Below are positions 1 to 9,088 of a stretch of 64,000 bases of DNA, in pieces. Below the pieces are notes generated by a model. That model worked only from the letters and a program-made list of their open reading frames with translations, was not told where the DNA came from and did no database searches. Source of the stretch: Candidatus Undinarchaeota archaeon (GTDB lineage Archaea; SpSt-1190; JASMDC01); contig CAZFHY010000002.1 of assembly GCA_964519305.1 (NCBI GenBank), positions 127,652-191,651 of the forward strand. Direction: 5' to 3'. A program made the position numbers and the translations under genes. Numbering within the stretch: the first letter of the stretch is position 1; every line of letters begins with the position of its first letter.

Positions 1-1
1 C

Positions 2-283
2 GTGGGACGGATGGGCACAGGCCTGACGGACGAGCAGTTTTCTCATATCACCGAAGTGCTCCGACCGCTCATGGAGCGGGAGTCGGGACGGGAGGTCACC
101 TTCACTCCGCGTATCGTCGTAGAGGTCGCGTACGAGGAGCTCCAGCAGTCGCCTACGTATGATTCCGGGTATGCTCTACGTTTCCCGCGACTCGTCCGGT
201 TCCGTGACGACCTGGGTACAGAGGACGCTGACGACGTGGACCGATTACGGCGTATCTATACGATCCAGAAAGCACGGGGCTGA
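2..283 (+). CDS. lig: ATP-dependent DNA ligase, C-terminal OB-fold (5' end outside window)
   Basis: GRMGTGLTD, P.IVVEVAYEELQ.SP.Y.SGYALRFPR and RDD motifs of the archaeal ligase C-terminus. Confidence 0.95.
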   Translation: MGRMGTGLTDEQFSHITEVLRPLMERESGREVTFTPRIVVEVAYEELQQSPTYDSGYALRFPRLVRFRDDLGTEDADDVDRLRRIYTIQKARG

Positions 284-295
284 TAGCTGTTAGGC

Positions 296-574
296 TCAAC
301 CAAAGGCGTTCTCCGAGGTCCGAGCCCGACATTCCTTCTTCATATTCACGTTATTAATACGCTCACATAGTGTGGTGTTGACGGTCTCGACGAGGAGGCG
401 ATGATAGCAGGAGTCCTTCTCATCATCGAAGTCCAATGAAGCGCAGTTATCGAGCGCTTCCTGGAGCTCCTCCTCGGTAATCTCGGGTATACTTGGCTCG
501 CCTCTTGGTGTCGTACAAAGGCTCAGGACAAGGAGGGCCGTCACCATGGCACTCACGATGAGGCGCTCATCCAT
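296..574 (-). CDS. Small secreted/lipoprotein-like protein with Cys-pair repeats (C..L...EKDSCY...LCERI...KKEC)
   Basis: ATG at 574 lies ~23 nt from the TATA at 597-604. Hydrophobic N-terminus ends LSLC. Repeat resembles those in 45859-48084. The longer track ORF overlaps ogt and is not accepted. Confidence 0.7.
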   Translation of the reverse strand: MDERLIVSAMVTALLVLSLCTTPRGEPSIPEITEEELQEALDNCASLDFDDEKDSCYHRLLVETVNTTLCERINNVNMKKECRARTSENAFG

Positions 575-596
575 ATGTATCATATAGCGTTCTAGA

Positions 597-604
597 TATA
601 AATA
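597..604. promoter_or_regulatory. Bidirectional TATA box (TATAAATA) between divergent genes
   Basis: Lies ~22-23 nt from ATG 626 (+) and ATG 574 (-). Confidence 0.6.
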
Positions 605-625
605 CTTGGATGCATAATCGTGAGC

Positions 626-937
626 ATGGGCTCCATGAGTTTCCAAAAAAAAGTGCTCGAGCTCACATGCTATATCCCCCGAGGTAAGGTCACGACCTAC
701 GGAGAGCTGGCTCAGGCGTTGGGGTCTCCTCAGGCCGCACGGGCGGTTGGGAACGCCCTCCACGCGAACACCCGCCCGGTCGTGGTCCCCTGCCATCGCG
801 TGGTGCGTGCTGACGGTTCGATAGGTGGCTACGGTGGCGGTGTCCCCCGTAAGGTGGAACTCTTACAGGAAGAAGGTGTCGAAGTGAAAGAAGGACATAT
901 CGACCTGCAGCGGTTCGGATTCAAGTTCCACGTCTGA
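626..937 (+). CDS. ogt: O6-methylguanine-DNA methyltransferase, C-terminal domain only
   Basis: IPRGKVTTYGELA, ARAVGNAL, active-site PCHRV and GGYGGG..RK..LL..EG motifs. Confidence 0.93.
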   Translation: MGSMSFQKKVLELTCYIPRGKVTTYGELAQALGSPQAARAVGNALHANTRPVVVPCHRVVRADGSIGGYGGGVPRKVELLQEEGVEVKEGHIDLQRFGFKFHV

Positions 938-966
938 GCAAGCCTTATATACCATTAGACACGTTT

Positions 967-1647
967 ATGTATAAGGGGATTATCACGGGCGAGGTGCTCA
1001 CGCGCGTTGAGCGCATGCGCCTGCAGCTGCGGGCGGTGGGGTTACTCCGATACTTGAAGGAGAGCTATACCTACAGTTTTCTGGCCGATGTCACCGGACT
1101 GGACATTACCGTGCTCAACCGGTACGTCAAGGGCCGCGTGGTACCGAGCGAGGAGAAGGCATGGGCGCTCATACGCGTGCTTGGAGAACGGTTCCCTCTC
1201 GCAGAGGCCATTCGACGTCAAGTGGTACCGGAATCCGGTGATCCCGTTGACCTGTCCCTCCTTGGCGAGGATCCTGCACTGCTCGTACTTGTCGCGGACG
1301 ATGTTGCGGGACGGTTCCAGACCCATGAGGTGGACATCGTCGTGACGTGTGACAGCGCCGCGCTAGCGATCCAGATCGCTGCCCGGCTCAATGCCCGGTC
1401 GGCAATCGCAGTACCCAGCAAGAAGAGTAAGACGTTGACCCTCAGGCGTCGGCTCGTCAGACCGGACGACGCCGTCCTCATCGTTGACAATGTCACCGAT
1501 GGCGGAGCGGGTCTTCATGCACTGAAGGATGCGGTCCAGCATGCCAGGGGGCAGGTCCTGGGCGCCGTGGTGCCCGTGGCGACGACACCCTTCAAACGAA
1601 CGAAAGGAACGGACTCAATGCCCGTAAGAGTGATGGTTGAGGTGTGA
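967..1647 (+). CDS. HTH + PRTase-fold protein (PurR-like archaeal regulator)
   Basis: N-terminal HTH (YTYSFLADVTGLDITVLNRYVKG) and a degenerate PRPP-binding loop (VLIVDNVTDGG). Confidence 0.75.
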   Translation: MYKGIITGEVLTRVERMRLQLRAVGLLRYLKESYTYSFLADVTGLDITVLNRYVKGRVVPSEEKAWALIRVLGERFPLAEAIRRQVVPESGDPVDLSLLGEDPALLVLVADDVAGRFQTHEVDIVVTCDSAALAIQIAARLNARSAIAVPSKKSKTLTLRRRLVRPDDAVLIVDNVTDGGAGLHALKDAVQHARGQVLGAVVPVATTPFKRTKGTDSMPVRVMVEV

Positions 1648-1651
1648 TGAC

Positions 1652-2986
1652 ATGAAAGAGATCTATATTGGCCGCAGCGAAAAGGACGTGAAGAAGTGGG
1701 GTGATGTGGGCACAGCCTTGCTTGGAAAGCACTACGTTACCACAGGGGGCGAGGTCAACCTTTCGAACAAGGTCCATCTCGACCTGGTGAAACCCCACGT
1801 CATGTTCATCTGTGGGAAGCGAGGTACAGGTAAGTCCTACACTATGGGCACCATCGCTGAGGGTATCCAGCTCCTACCTCGAAAGGTGAAGGACAATCTC
1901 GCCTGCGTCATCGTGGACATCATGGGCATCTACTGGACCATGCGATTCCCCAACGAACGTGAGGCCGACATCGTGCGGATGTGGGACCTCGATCCCACGG
2001 GCATCGACGTCAACGTCATGGTGCCACTCGGGTGGGTGGAAAAGTTCAAGGAGATGAACATACCATTCGATGCACCCTTCTCCTTCATCCCCGGGGAACT
2101 CACTGCCAACGACTGGTGCAACACGTTCGGGCTCGAGCTATTCGGAAAGTACGGTGTAATCATAGAGCGTATCGTAAAGAAGCTCAAGAACGAGTTCGTC
2201 ACCGACTTCGGTATCGATGAGATCATCGACACGATCCGGAACGACAAGAAATCGGATGTGGCCATCAAGGAGGCGCTGGAGAACCGGTTCAGTGCTGCCG
2301 ATGACTGGGGTATATTCTCTAAGGACGGCACTGCCATCGCTGATATCGCCGCTCGCGGTAAGGTGAACGTGCTGGACACATCGACGCTGGAAGCGGCCAT
2401 CGGTGGTTTCTCCACAAAGGCACTTGTCATCGGGCTCGTGGCCCTCAAGATCCTGGAGGCCCGCATGCTCACCAGGAAGGTGGAGGAGCATGCTGGAGTG
2501 GAGTCATCGCAATCGATGTTCGGTGGAGAGGACTCGGCAGCATTGGCCAAGAAGATGATCCCGATGACATGGCTGATCATTGATGAGGCGCACCAGGCCC
2601 TGCCCCACCCCAGCGAGGGTGTGACCCCGGCATCCGTGCCTCTCATCCGGATCCTGCGAGAGGGGCGTCAGCCCGGGGTTACCCTGGTGGCCGCTACACA
2701 GCAGCCCGGTAAGATCCATACTGACGTCCACTCACAGACCGACCTGCTGTTATCCCATCGCGTTACAGCTCAGCCGGACGTCGTCTCCCTCAACTCGATC
2801 ATGGGCTCGTACATGTCGAAGTCCCTTGAGGGTTACATCCACGCTCTGCCAAAGGAGGTGGGCTCGGCGCTCATGCTCGATGACGCCAACGAGAAGGTGT
2901 ACGCCATCCGTGCCCGGCCACGGCTCAGCTGGCATGCGGGTGAGGGTGCATGCGCTCTCCAGTTGGCCAAGGACGAGGTGCTTTAG
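1652..2986 (+). CDS. HerA/FtsK-family (DUF87-type) P-loop ATPase
   Basis: H.FICGKRGTGKS (Walker A), IVDIMG, LIIDEAH (Walker B), REGRQPG and ATQQP motifs. SD-like GAGGTG precedes ATG 1652. Confidence 0.9.
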   Translation: MKEIYIGRSEKDVKKWGDVGTALLGKHYVTTGGEVNLSNKVHLDLVKPHVMFICGKRGTGKSYTMGTIAEGIQLLPRKVKDNLACVIVDIMGIYWTMRFPNEREADIVRMWDLDPTGIDVNVMVPLGWVEKFKEMNIPFDAPFSFIPGELTANDWCNTFGLELFGKYGVIIERIVKKLKNEFVTDFGIDEIIDTIRNDKKSDVAIKEALENRFSAADDWGIFSKDGTAIADIAARGKVNVLDTSTLEAAIGGFSTKALVIGLVALKILEARMLTRKVEEHAGVESSQSMFGGEDSAALAKKMIPMTWLIIDEAHQALPHPSEGVTPASVPLIRILREGRQPGVTLVAATQQPGKIHTDVHSQTDLLLSHRVTAQPDVVSLNSIMGSYMSKSLEGYIHALPKEVGSALMLDDANEKVYAIRARPRLSWHAGEGACALQLAKDEVL

Positions 2987-3104
2987 GCAGAGGCTCAGGA
3001 ACTTCGGGTGCCGGCCTTTGCATTGCATGAAATAGTGTTATAAATCGTTCCTACGTTCTGTTCTATCAGGAGCGGTTTGGTGACAGTTCTAGGTGGAAAA
3101 CTGA

Positions 3105-5588
3105 ATGGCGGGAGACAAACTCGACTCACTTGTGAAGGCTCTTGTGACCCAGCTCGGTGTGCTCGTAGTGCTGGTGCTCATTGCAGTGGTGGTACATGCG
3201 GGGCTCGGGGGTGACGCGGCGTCCTTCGGCAGACGTGGCTGGGGTAGCTTCAAGTTCCCTGCACGATATCAGCCAGTCATCGATCAGAAGGCCGTGGCCA
3301 AGGTGCCGTCCGATATCGATCCGATGAAAATGGACAAGGCACGCGTTGATGTACTTAAACGGGCCGAGTCCATCCTGAAACAGGACTCTGACAACGATGA
3401 TGTCCCTGATTTTATGGACCCTTGCCCCTCTAAGAAGGGCGATGGGGAGAACGGTTGTCCTCCGTGCAAGATCGATACTGATGGGAAGGCATTCTTTACC
3501 TGGGGCCGCGTAGGCCGCTTCACCAAGAATCCCTTGGGCGGGATGCCCAAGGGAATGAAGATGGGCAAGGACGGTATTCCTGTGAGCGGAGGCCCCACCG
3601 TACCTACCTACGAGGTCGATTTCCTCGTCGAGGACCTCTGTCTCGGTAATACCGTGCGCGATTACTACTGTGATGTCGATCCTTCAGATTGCGTGGACGA
3701 TGTAATGATATTGGGTGCTGCCAGCTACATATCGGACATGGAGGCGACTATGCTCTCATCGTCAGCATGTGTCGTTGAGCCAGCCGATACAGTTGACGGT
3801 GGAATGGTCGCGTACGAGGACGTCCCCTGTGTGTGCGGATGCTCGGGCGGCAAGTGCCTCTACGAGACCGACTCTGACAAGGACGGGACACCTGATTGTA
3901 ACGATAATGATGATGACAACGATGGTGTCAAGGACGCCGTGGACAACTGCAAGCTCATACACAATCCCACACAACAGGATACGGATAATGACGGGCAGGG
4001 CGATTCATGCGACTACGATGATGATGGTGACGGATGCATGGACACGGTGGACAAATGGCCCACTACATCGTCAACGGATTTCGATGGTGACGGGTTCGCA
4101 AATGACTGCGATATGTGCCCCCAGGACAAGGATAACGATGGTGACGGGGACGGGACCTGTGCCAACGAGGACAATTGTCCTACGGTGCCCAACGACCAGA
4201 GCGATATCGATGGTGACGGTATCGGGGATAACTGCGACTGCAAGGATGCGAAATGGAGCCCATACGAGGCCGGTGTCGATTGTGGCGGTGTTTGCCAGTT
4301 CAAGTGCCTTGAGCAGGACTGCAAGCTCGATGACGACTGGTGCGGTGATGACCTCGAACCTCTCCGCCTGAGGGGAAAGCCCGAGGACGGTTTCATCGAT
4401 GTGGTGTTCGTCCCCGACTACAGGTATGGATCACTAAACCAGTTCTACCTGGACTCGGAGGAAGCTGTGCGCGATGGTTTCTTGAAGATGAACGACATGA
4501 CCGACATCCCATTCCCGGCCAACTCCTTCAACAAGTTCAATTTCTACTATTACAAGGCCGGCCCTCTTGACGGGAAGATGCACGACTACTTGGCCAACTC
4601 CTCAGCGAGCTGTGCTGGAGAGCCGCCCGCGACCCTTGCGGGACTTGGTGGTGACGTAGCAGCGTTCCGTGATACGACCATCATCCTGTGCCCTGCTGGT
4701 ACGAAAGGGTGCTGGGGCTGCTCGTCCGGAGGACCCGGAATCAACCACGCGCTCAACGTTGAGGAGGATCTCTTCAACCTCCTTCTCCACGAGGCCGGTC
4801 ACGGGATATTCAGCCTGCAGGACGAGTACTGCGGGGACAAGACGTGGTACGACGCTGCATTCTCTCCGAATAACATCTACCTCTCCCAGGCCGCCTGTAC
4901 GAACGATGCCAATGCCAACGGATGGGTGAACGGCATCTGCACATTGATCTGTGCGGGGCACCACGCCGATCACACGATTGCCAGGAGCTCGACGGGTGTG
5001 GCCCTGTGGCGCTACGACCTCGACGTTCCTGATAACGATATCATGATCGCCTGTGGTCCGGGGTGCGGTGCGAACTACAAATATCACGAGGCCGATGCCC
5101 GCAGGGTCAACTGGGTGTTCGCCAACTGGCCGGAATCCGACACTCCGGCCATCCTCGTGCGCCTCCACATCAACGGTGACAGGATTACCGAACTGGAGCA
5201 GCAGTTGATGGGCTCGCACCCTGACCTGGGGATTGGGCCTGAGCACTTCAGGGTAGAGGTGCTAGCATCATCGGGCAAGACCGTCCTTGCGTACCCGCTC
5301 GTCGATCCGCGCATCCACTTGGGTGGAAGCGATGATAAGAATCCCGGCGAGGTCTACGAGCAGGCCGACTTCGCAATTGTAGCGCCCATAGTTGACGTGC
5401 TAGAGTCCATGCGTATAGTCGATCCTGCGACCGGTAAGGTGCTGATCAAGGTGGACCTGACCTACTCGTTCGGTGAGTTCTGTACGGGTCATACTGAGTA
5501 CCCACCATGCCAAGGGAAGCCTCTGTCCGGGGTGAGCGTACCGGGCGTTTCCGTCCCGATTACGCCACCCGGGACGACGGGACCCTAG
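3105..5588 (+). CDS. Membrane-anchored/secreted protein with thrombospondin type-3 Ca-binding repeats and an M64-like zinc metallopeptidase domain
   Basis: N-terminal TM helix; DxDxDG..D.CD repeats at ~3865-4240; IDVVFVPD; HEAGHGIFSLQDEY (HExxH at 4788-4802). Confidence 0.8.
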   Translation: MAGDKLDSLVKALVTQLGVLVVLVLIAVVVHAGLGGDAASFGRRGWGSFKFPARYQPVIDQKAVAKVPSDIDPMKMDKARVDVLKRAESILKQDSDNDDVPDFMDPCPSKKGDGENGCPPCKIDTDGKAFFTWGRVGRFTKNPLGGMPKGMKMGKDGIPVSGGPTVPTYEVDFLVEDLCLGNTVRDYYCDVDPSDCVDDVMILGAASYISDMEATMLSSSACVVEPADTVDGGMVAYEDVPCVCGCSGGKCLYETDSDKDGTPDCNDNDDDNDGVKDAVDNCKLIHNPTQQDTDNDGQGDSCDYDDDGDGCMDTVDKWPTTSSTDFDGDGFANDCDMCPQDKDNDGDGDGTCANEDNCPTVPNDQSDIDGDGIGDNCDCKDAKWSPYEAGVDCGGVCQFKCLEQDCKLDDDWCGDDLEPLRLRGKPEDGFIDVVFVPDYRYGSLNQFYLDSEEAVRDGFLKMNDMTDIPFPANSFNKFNFYYYKAGPLDGKMHDYLANSSASCAGEPPATLAGLGGDVAAFRDTTIILCPAGTKGCWGCSSGGPGINHALNVEEDLFNLLLHEAGHGIFSLQDEYCGDKTWYDAAFSPNNIYLSQAACTNDANANGWVNGICTLICAGHHADHTIARSSTGVALWRYDLDVPDNDIMIACGPGCGANYKYHEADARRVNWVFANWPESDTPAILVRLHINGDRITELEQQLMGSHPDLGIGPEHFRVEVLASSGKTVLAYPLVDPRIHLGGSDDKNPGEVYEQADFAIVAPIVDVLESMRIVDPATGKVLIKVDLTYSFGEFCTGHTEYPPCQGKPLSGVSVPGVSVPITPPGTTGP

Positions 5589-5610
5589 AGATCGGAGGGC
5601 TGTGGACAGG

Positions 5611-7935
5611 TCACTCCTCTTCATCGTCCGGCCCCTTAACGGGTCGGTCGATGATTAGGTCCCCCTCGATCATCCGGTATTTGAACCGCCTTGCGGTGCT
5701 CCTGGCCACGTCCATGATGTTGATTTCCTCGTCCTTGGTAGATATGACTATCTCCGTGAGCTCTTTCAGCATGGCAGCAGTCTCGTCGCCGCAAAGGGAG
5801 ATATCAGCGACGAGGAGCGCAGTGGCATCGTACCTGTCGCATAGTGCGGTTATGTGGTGGAGGAACTTGTAGAGCCGGGTAGTATCAGATTTAATCGCTG
5901 AGACCGGGAGCTCGATCACAACGAGGATGGAGCTTATCGGGAACGATTCCATGATCTGCCCGAGCTCGTAGGAGAGGGAGTTGAATCCCGTGTTGACCGT
6001 ACTGCAGCCTGGTGATGTGGTCTTAGTCTCTTCGATGTTGGGATCGAGGGACACGAGCATGAAGCGGCCGTCTTCAAGGAGTGAGTCCACATCGATGTCC
6101 TGGGATGATAACAGGTGGTGAGCGACAGAAGTGCGGATAGAGGATAACCAGGCGGCGTTGCGGTATGTACGCAGGTTTGCAGCAATGAATGACGAGATGA
6201 ACAGGTCCTTTGGGAACTGGCTATCGTAGGTGAGTAGGACCGAGTACTTGTTGGGGAGCTTTCCACACTCCCGCTCGATAGCATCGAAACCCCAAGCATG
6301 ATTGTCCGCAAAGAACGCGTTCATCATCACATCAGAGACACCTGCTGCCCGATAGAGCGGTCGGTTAACGACCTCACGGATGTTCTCGCGCAATGCCTTC
6401 TCCATCTTCTCTCGTGACATGAAGCTCTTGAACGGTTCCAGAGCGAGCCGGTGAGCCCGCAGGTAGAGTCGGGAGATGTACCGCACCATCTCTTTATCGG
6501 TAGAGGTCTTCTTCTTACAGAACATGAGGAATGCGTCGCCATCAAACGTGATGTTGTCATCATCCGCCCGAACGAACTCCCCCCCCCACACTCCGTCGAT
6601 GGCATTGATGACCACCGTTGAGAATCCTGCTTTCAAGGGAATGGTCGATAGGAAGGTGTTCAAGACCTCTGACACTGCCTGGGCGAGCACGAGCCCTTGC
6701 GGGAGGATGTATCCCTCAATCCCGGGCGGGGGTCGACCATCAGCGTTGGTGACATGTTTGAAGATGTCGTCCTTGAGCTCGTCCTCAGAGTACACACGGT
6801 CGATCCGCGGTGGTTCTAGCTCAAGGAGGAGGTCCACTATGGAGAAGAACAGCGCGCTCATCCCCTCCTGTACGCTCTTGTCATTGATGTCGAGGTCCTC
6901 AAGACCGAATGAACGATTCTCGGGATCGAAGGATAGCTTCTCGAGAGCATCGTTCCCCTCGCAGACCTCTGCAATCGCTTTCTCGAGCTCTTCCGCAGCG
7001 ACGAACTTAGCAGCAAGGTGATTGAGCACTTCCCCCGTCACGGGGCCGGAAGCGGTCTCACCAGCGGTCCGGACACGTACCTCGAGGACGAAGGACCTGA
7101 TGAACGAGATGAGCGCACGTAGCTTATACACGTAACCAGCGATGATGAACGTGAATCCCGCGAACGTGTAGAAGAGTATCTCCGGGAAGAAGCTCTGGAA
7201 CAGGTGGGGGGGGAACACCCAGTACTCGTACACGAGAGTGCAAAGGAACGCCGTGATGAGGACCGAGTCAACAATGATCCATTTGAACCGGTCGAACACG
7301 GGTCTTTCTCGGACAGCGAGCGCTCCGGATAAAGTGAAGTACGCATTGACCATTACGAACGCTGCAATAGCCGTGACGGGGTAGACTTGGACATAGGAGT
7401 CGAGAGGGACCGGTCGATTGTAGACGATAGGGAGCGCGGTCCCTGCCCCAGCGACAAGCAGAGAGAACACCGCATATGAGAGATTCTCTCTTGCCAGGAC
7501 GCGCGGTCTGAGATTGAACGCACTACACCAGTCAGCAAGGAACAACACCAACACCGTAGCGGTGAGGAACAGGAGTGTCAGCTTCACTTGGGGCATGAAC
7601 ACGGGCTCGTAATCCGCCGCCTCGGCAAGTAGGGCGACCGGGGACACGAGCACACTTGCCTGGAAGAGCATGAACCCGATGACGAACAGGACAAGGCTCG
7701 TGGTGAAACTGTCCCAAGCATCGGTCCGGATACTCGAGCGGATGGTCGAACCGTGAACTAGGCCCAAGTGGATGACGACAGCCCAGAGGAGGGTACCCAG
7801 AGCCACTGACAATGGGTCCATGACGTCGACGAGTCGCTCCTCAGCCCCCGGGGCCAGGGCAGTGACAGGAGTGAGCAAGAGCATTAAGGTGGTGATCGTC
7901 TTTGCTCGGTTCGTCATCAGGTCATTACCGTCCAA
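5611..7935 (-). CDS. Polytopic membrane protein with a C-terminal degenerate KaiC/RAD55 (RecA-fold) domain
   Basis: About 8 hydrophobic helices in the N-terminal ~280 aa. C-terminus (WGFDAIERECGKLPNKYSVLLTYDSQFPKDLF...TALLVAD...LTEIVI) follows the RecA/KaiC pattern but lacks GxxGxGKT. Alternative start ATG 7917. Confidence 0.65.
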   Translation of the reverse strand: MDGNDLMTNRAKTITTLMLLLTPVTALAPGAEERLVDVMDPLSVALGTLLWAVVIHLGLVHGSTIRSSIRTDAWDSFTTSLVLFVIGFMLFQASVLVSPVALLAEAADYEPVFMPQVKLTLLFLTATVLVLFLADWCSAFNLRPRVLARENLSYAVFSLLVAGAGTALPIVYNRPVPLDSYVQVYPVTAIAAFVMVNAYFTLSGALAVRERPVFDRFKWIIVDSVLITAFLCTLVYEYWVFPPHLFQSFFPEILFYTFAGFTFIIAGYVYKLRALISFIRSFVLEVRVRTAGETASGPVTGEVLNHLAAKFVAAEELEKAIAEVCEGNDALEKLSFDPENRSFGLEDLDINDKSVQEGMSALFFSIVDLLLELEPPRIDRVYSEDELKDDIFKHVTNADGRPPPGIEGYILPQGLVLAQAVSEVLNTFLSTIPLKAGFSTVVINAIDGVWGGEFVRADDDNITFDGDAFLMFCKKKTSTDKEMVRYISRLYLRAHRLALEPFKSFMSREKMEKALRENIREVVNRPLYRAAGVSDVMMNAFFADNHAWGFDAIERECGKLPNKYSVLLTYDSQFPKDLFISSFIAANLRTYRNAAWLSSIRTSVAHHLLSSQDIDVDSLLEDGRFMLVSLDPNIEETKTTSPGCSTVNTGFNSLSYELGQIMESFPISSILVVIELPVSAIKSDTTRLYKFLHHITALCDRYDATALLVADISLCGDETAAMLKELTEIVISTKDEEINIMDVARSTARRFKYRMIEGDLIIDRPVKGPDDEEE

Positions 7936-8064
7936 CCACCTTTCATCACAGGAACTGCATACCCATGGGAAGTCCTTCCTGTGTACGGTTTATCCACTTT
8001 CCTAAGTCAAATTTCAAAAGGATTCGCATTCCCAGAGGGATTCAAAGGTGAGCGGTAACCGGGG

Positions 8065-8073
8065 TTTTATATA
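8065..8073 (+). promoter_or_regulatory. TATA box (TTTTATATA) of the sucC/sucD-like operon
   Basis: Lies ~23 nt upstream of ATG 8096. Confidence 0.6.
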
Positions 8074-8095
8074 GGTTAGCGCACCTTCACGCGCC

Positions 8096-9088
8096 ATGTT
8101 CCTGCGCGAGGACGTGGTCCGCGAGCTCCTTGAATCACGATTAGTGAGAATCCCCCCGGGCGGGGTGGCCCACTCCGTGGACGAGGCCTTGGATATGGCC
8201 GAAAGCGCGGGTTATCCTATAGTACTGCGGCCGCTCGACAGGGGCTCGAAGATCGTGTGCGAGAACGCAAAGACCCTCGAGTCATCGTTCCCTTCCACGG
8301 GAGGTGTGATAGAGAAGAAGGTGCCGCTGAACAACGGTGTGCGCCTGACCATGCGCGTATGCGAGGAACGGTGCCAAGCACTCATCACCATCCAGGGGGA
8401 GGGTGACGAGCACATTGAGTACGTGGACCCCCTCCTCGGATTCGACGCGTTCCGGGCGTTGCGCCTGCTACGCACCGTCGATTGGAAGGACCAGCCTCTC
8501 CTGCGGGGATCAGCCATCATTATCGCCCTATACGAACTGTTCGAGACAACTGATGCGGAACGACTGGAGGTGGATTGCCTTGCGGTCGTGGAGGGTGACG
8601 TGTTCGTCGTTCATACTTCGCTATATGTGGATGACGAGGCACGTGCGCGTCACCCTGAACTGAAGGATGCGGAGACCGTTGCCCCGATCATCCATGGTCC
8701 GGGTTCAGTGGGATGTGTAGTCTCCGGTAAGGGTATGGCATTGGCCGCCATCGACGCTCTTGCGGCACATGACCTCGCACCATCACGAGTGATTGATATT
8801 GGCCCTGCCGTCACGAAAGAACGGATCGCTATTGCGCTCCACGAGGTGGCCGACGAGAAGGCGACTGAACTGGTGCTGATCTCCGTTGCATGCTGTATGT
8901 ACCCCTGTTCGGACCTGACGAACGAAATCGTGCTATGGCGGAAGGAGCACGAAGGGGTGCCTATAGGAGTGCACATAACAGGTGGAGGACAGGATGAGGC
9001 CTCTGCCAGCCTGAAAGAGGCCGATATCGAGATGGTCGCATCCCTTGGGAAAGCGGTCGATGCGCTCGTAGGGGGTGAAGGTGAATGA
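8096..9088 (+). CDS. Succinyl-CoA synthetase beta-subunit homologue, shortened and degenerate
   Basis: Keeps the SucC layout (M.L.E, GYPIVL, VDPLLG, DDEARARHPEL, GSVGCVV), but GGRGKAGG, NGAG, DIGGG and NIFGGI are altered or missing. Confidence 0.8.
   Translation: MFLREDVVRELLESRLVRIPPGGVAHSVDEALDMAESAGYPIVLRPLDRGSKIVCENAKTLESSFPSTGGVIEKKVPLNNGVRLTMRVCEERCQALITIQGEGDEHIEYVDPLLGFDAFRALRLLRTVDWKDQPLLRGSAIIIALYELFETTDAERLEVDCLAVVEGDVFVVHTSLYVDDEARARHPELKDAETVAPIIHGPGSVGCVVSGKGMALAAIDALAAHDLAPSRVIDIGPAVTKERIAIALHEVADEKATELVLISVACCMYPCSDLTNEIVLWRKEHEGVPIGVHITGGGQDEASASLKEADIEMVASLGKAVDALVGGEGE

Noticed and set aside
1930-2646. Long antisense and alternate-frame ORFs (also 23366-24052, 34832-35662, 43436-44314, 54889-55596 and many others)
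   Set aside because: They shadow well-supported genes, have Ser/Arg/Pro-rich non-protein-like composition and are expected in high-GC DNA.
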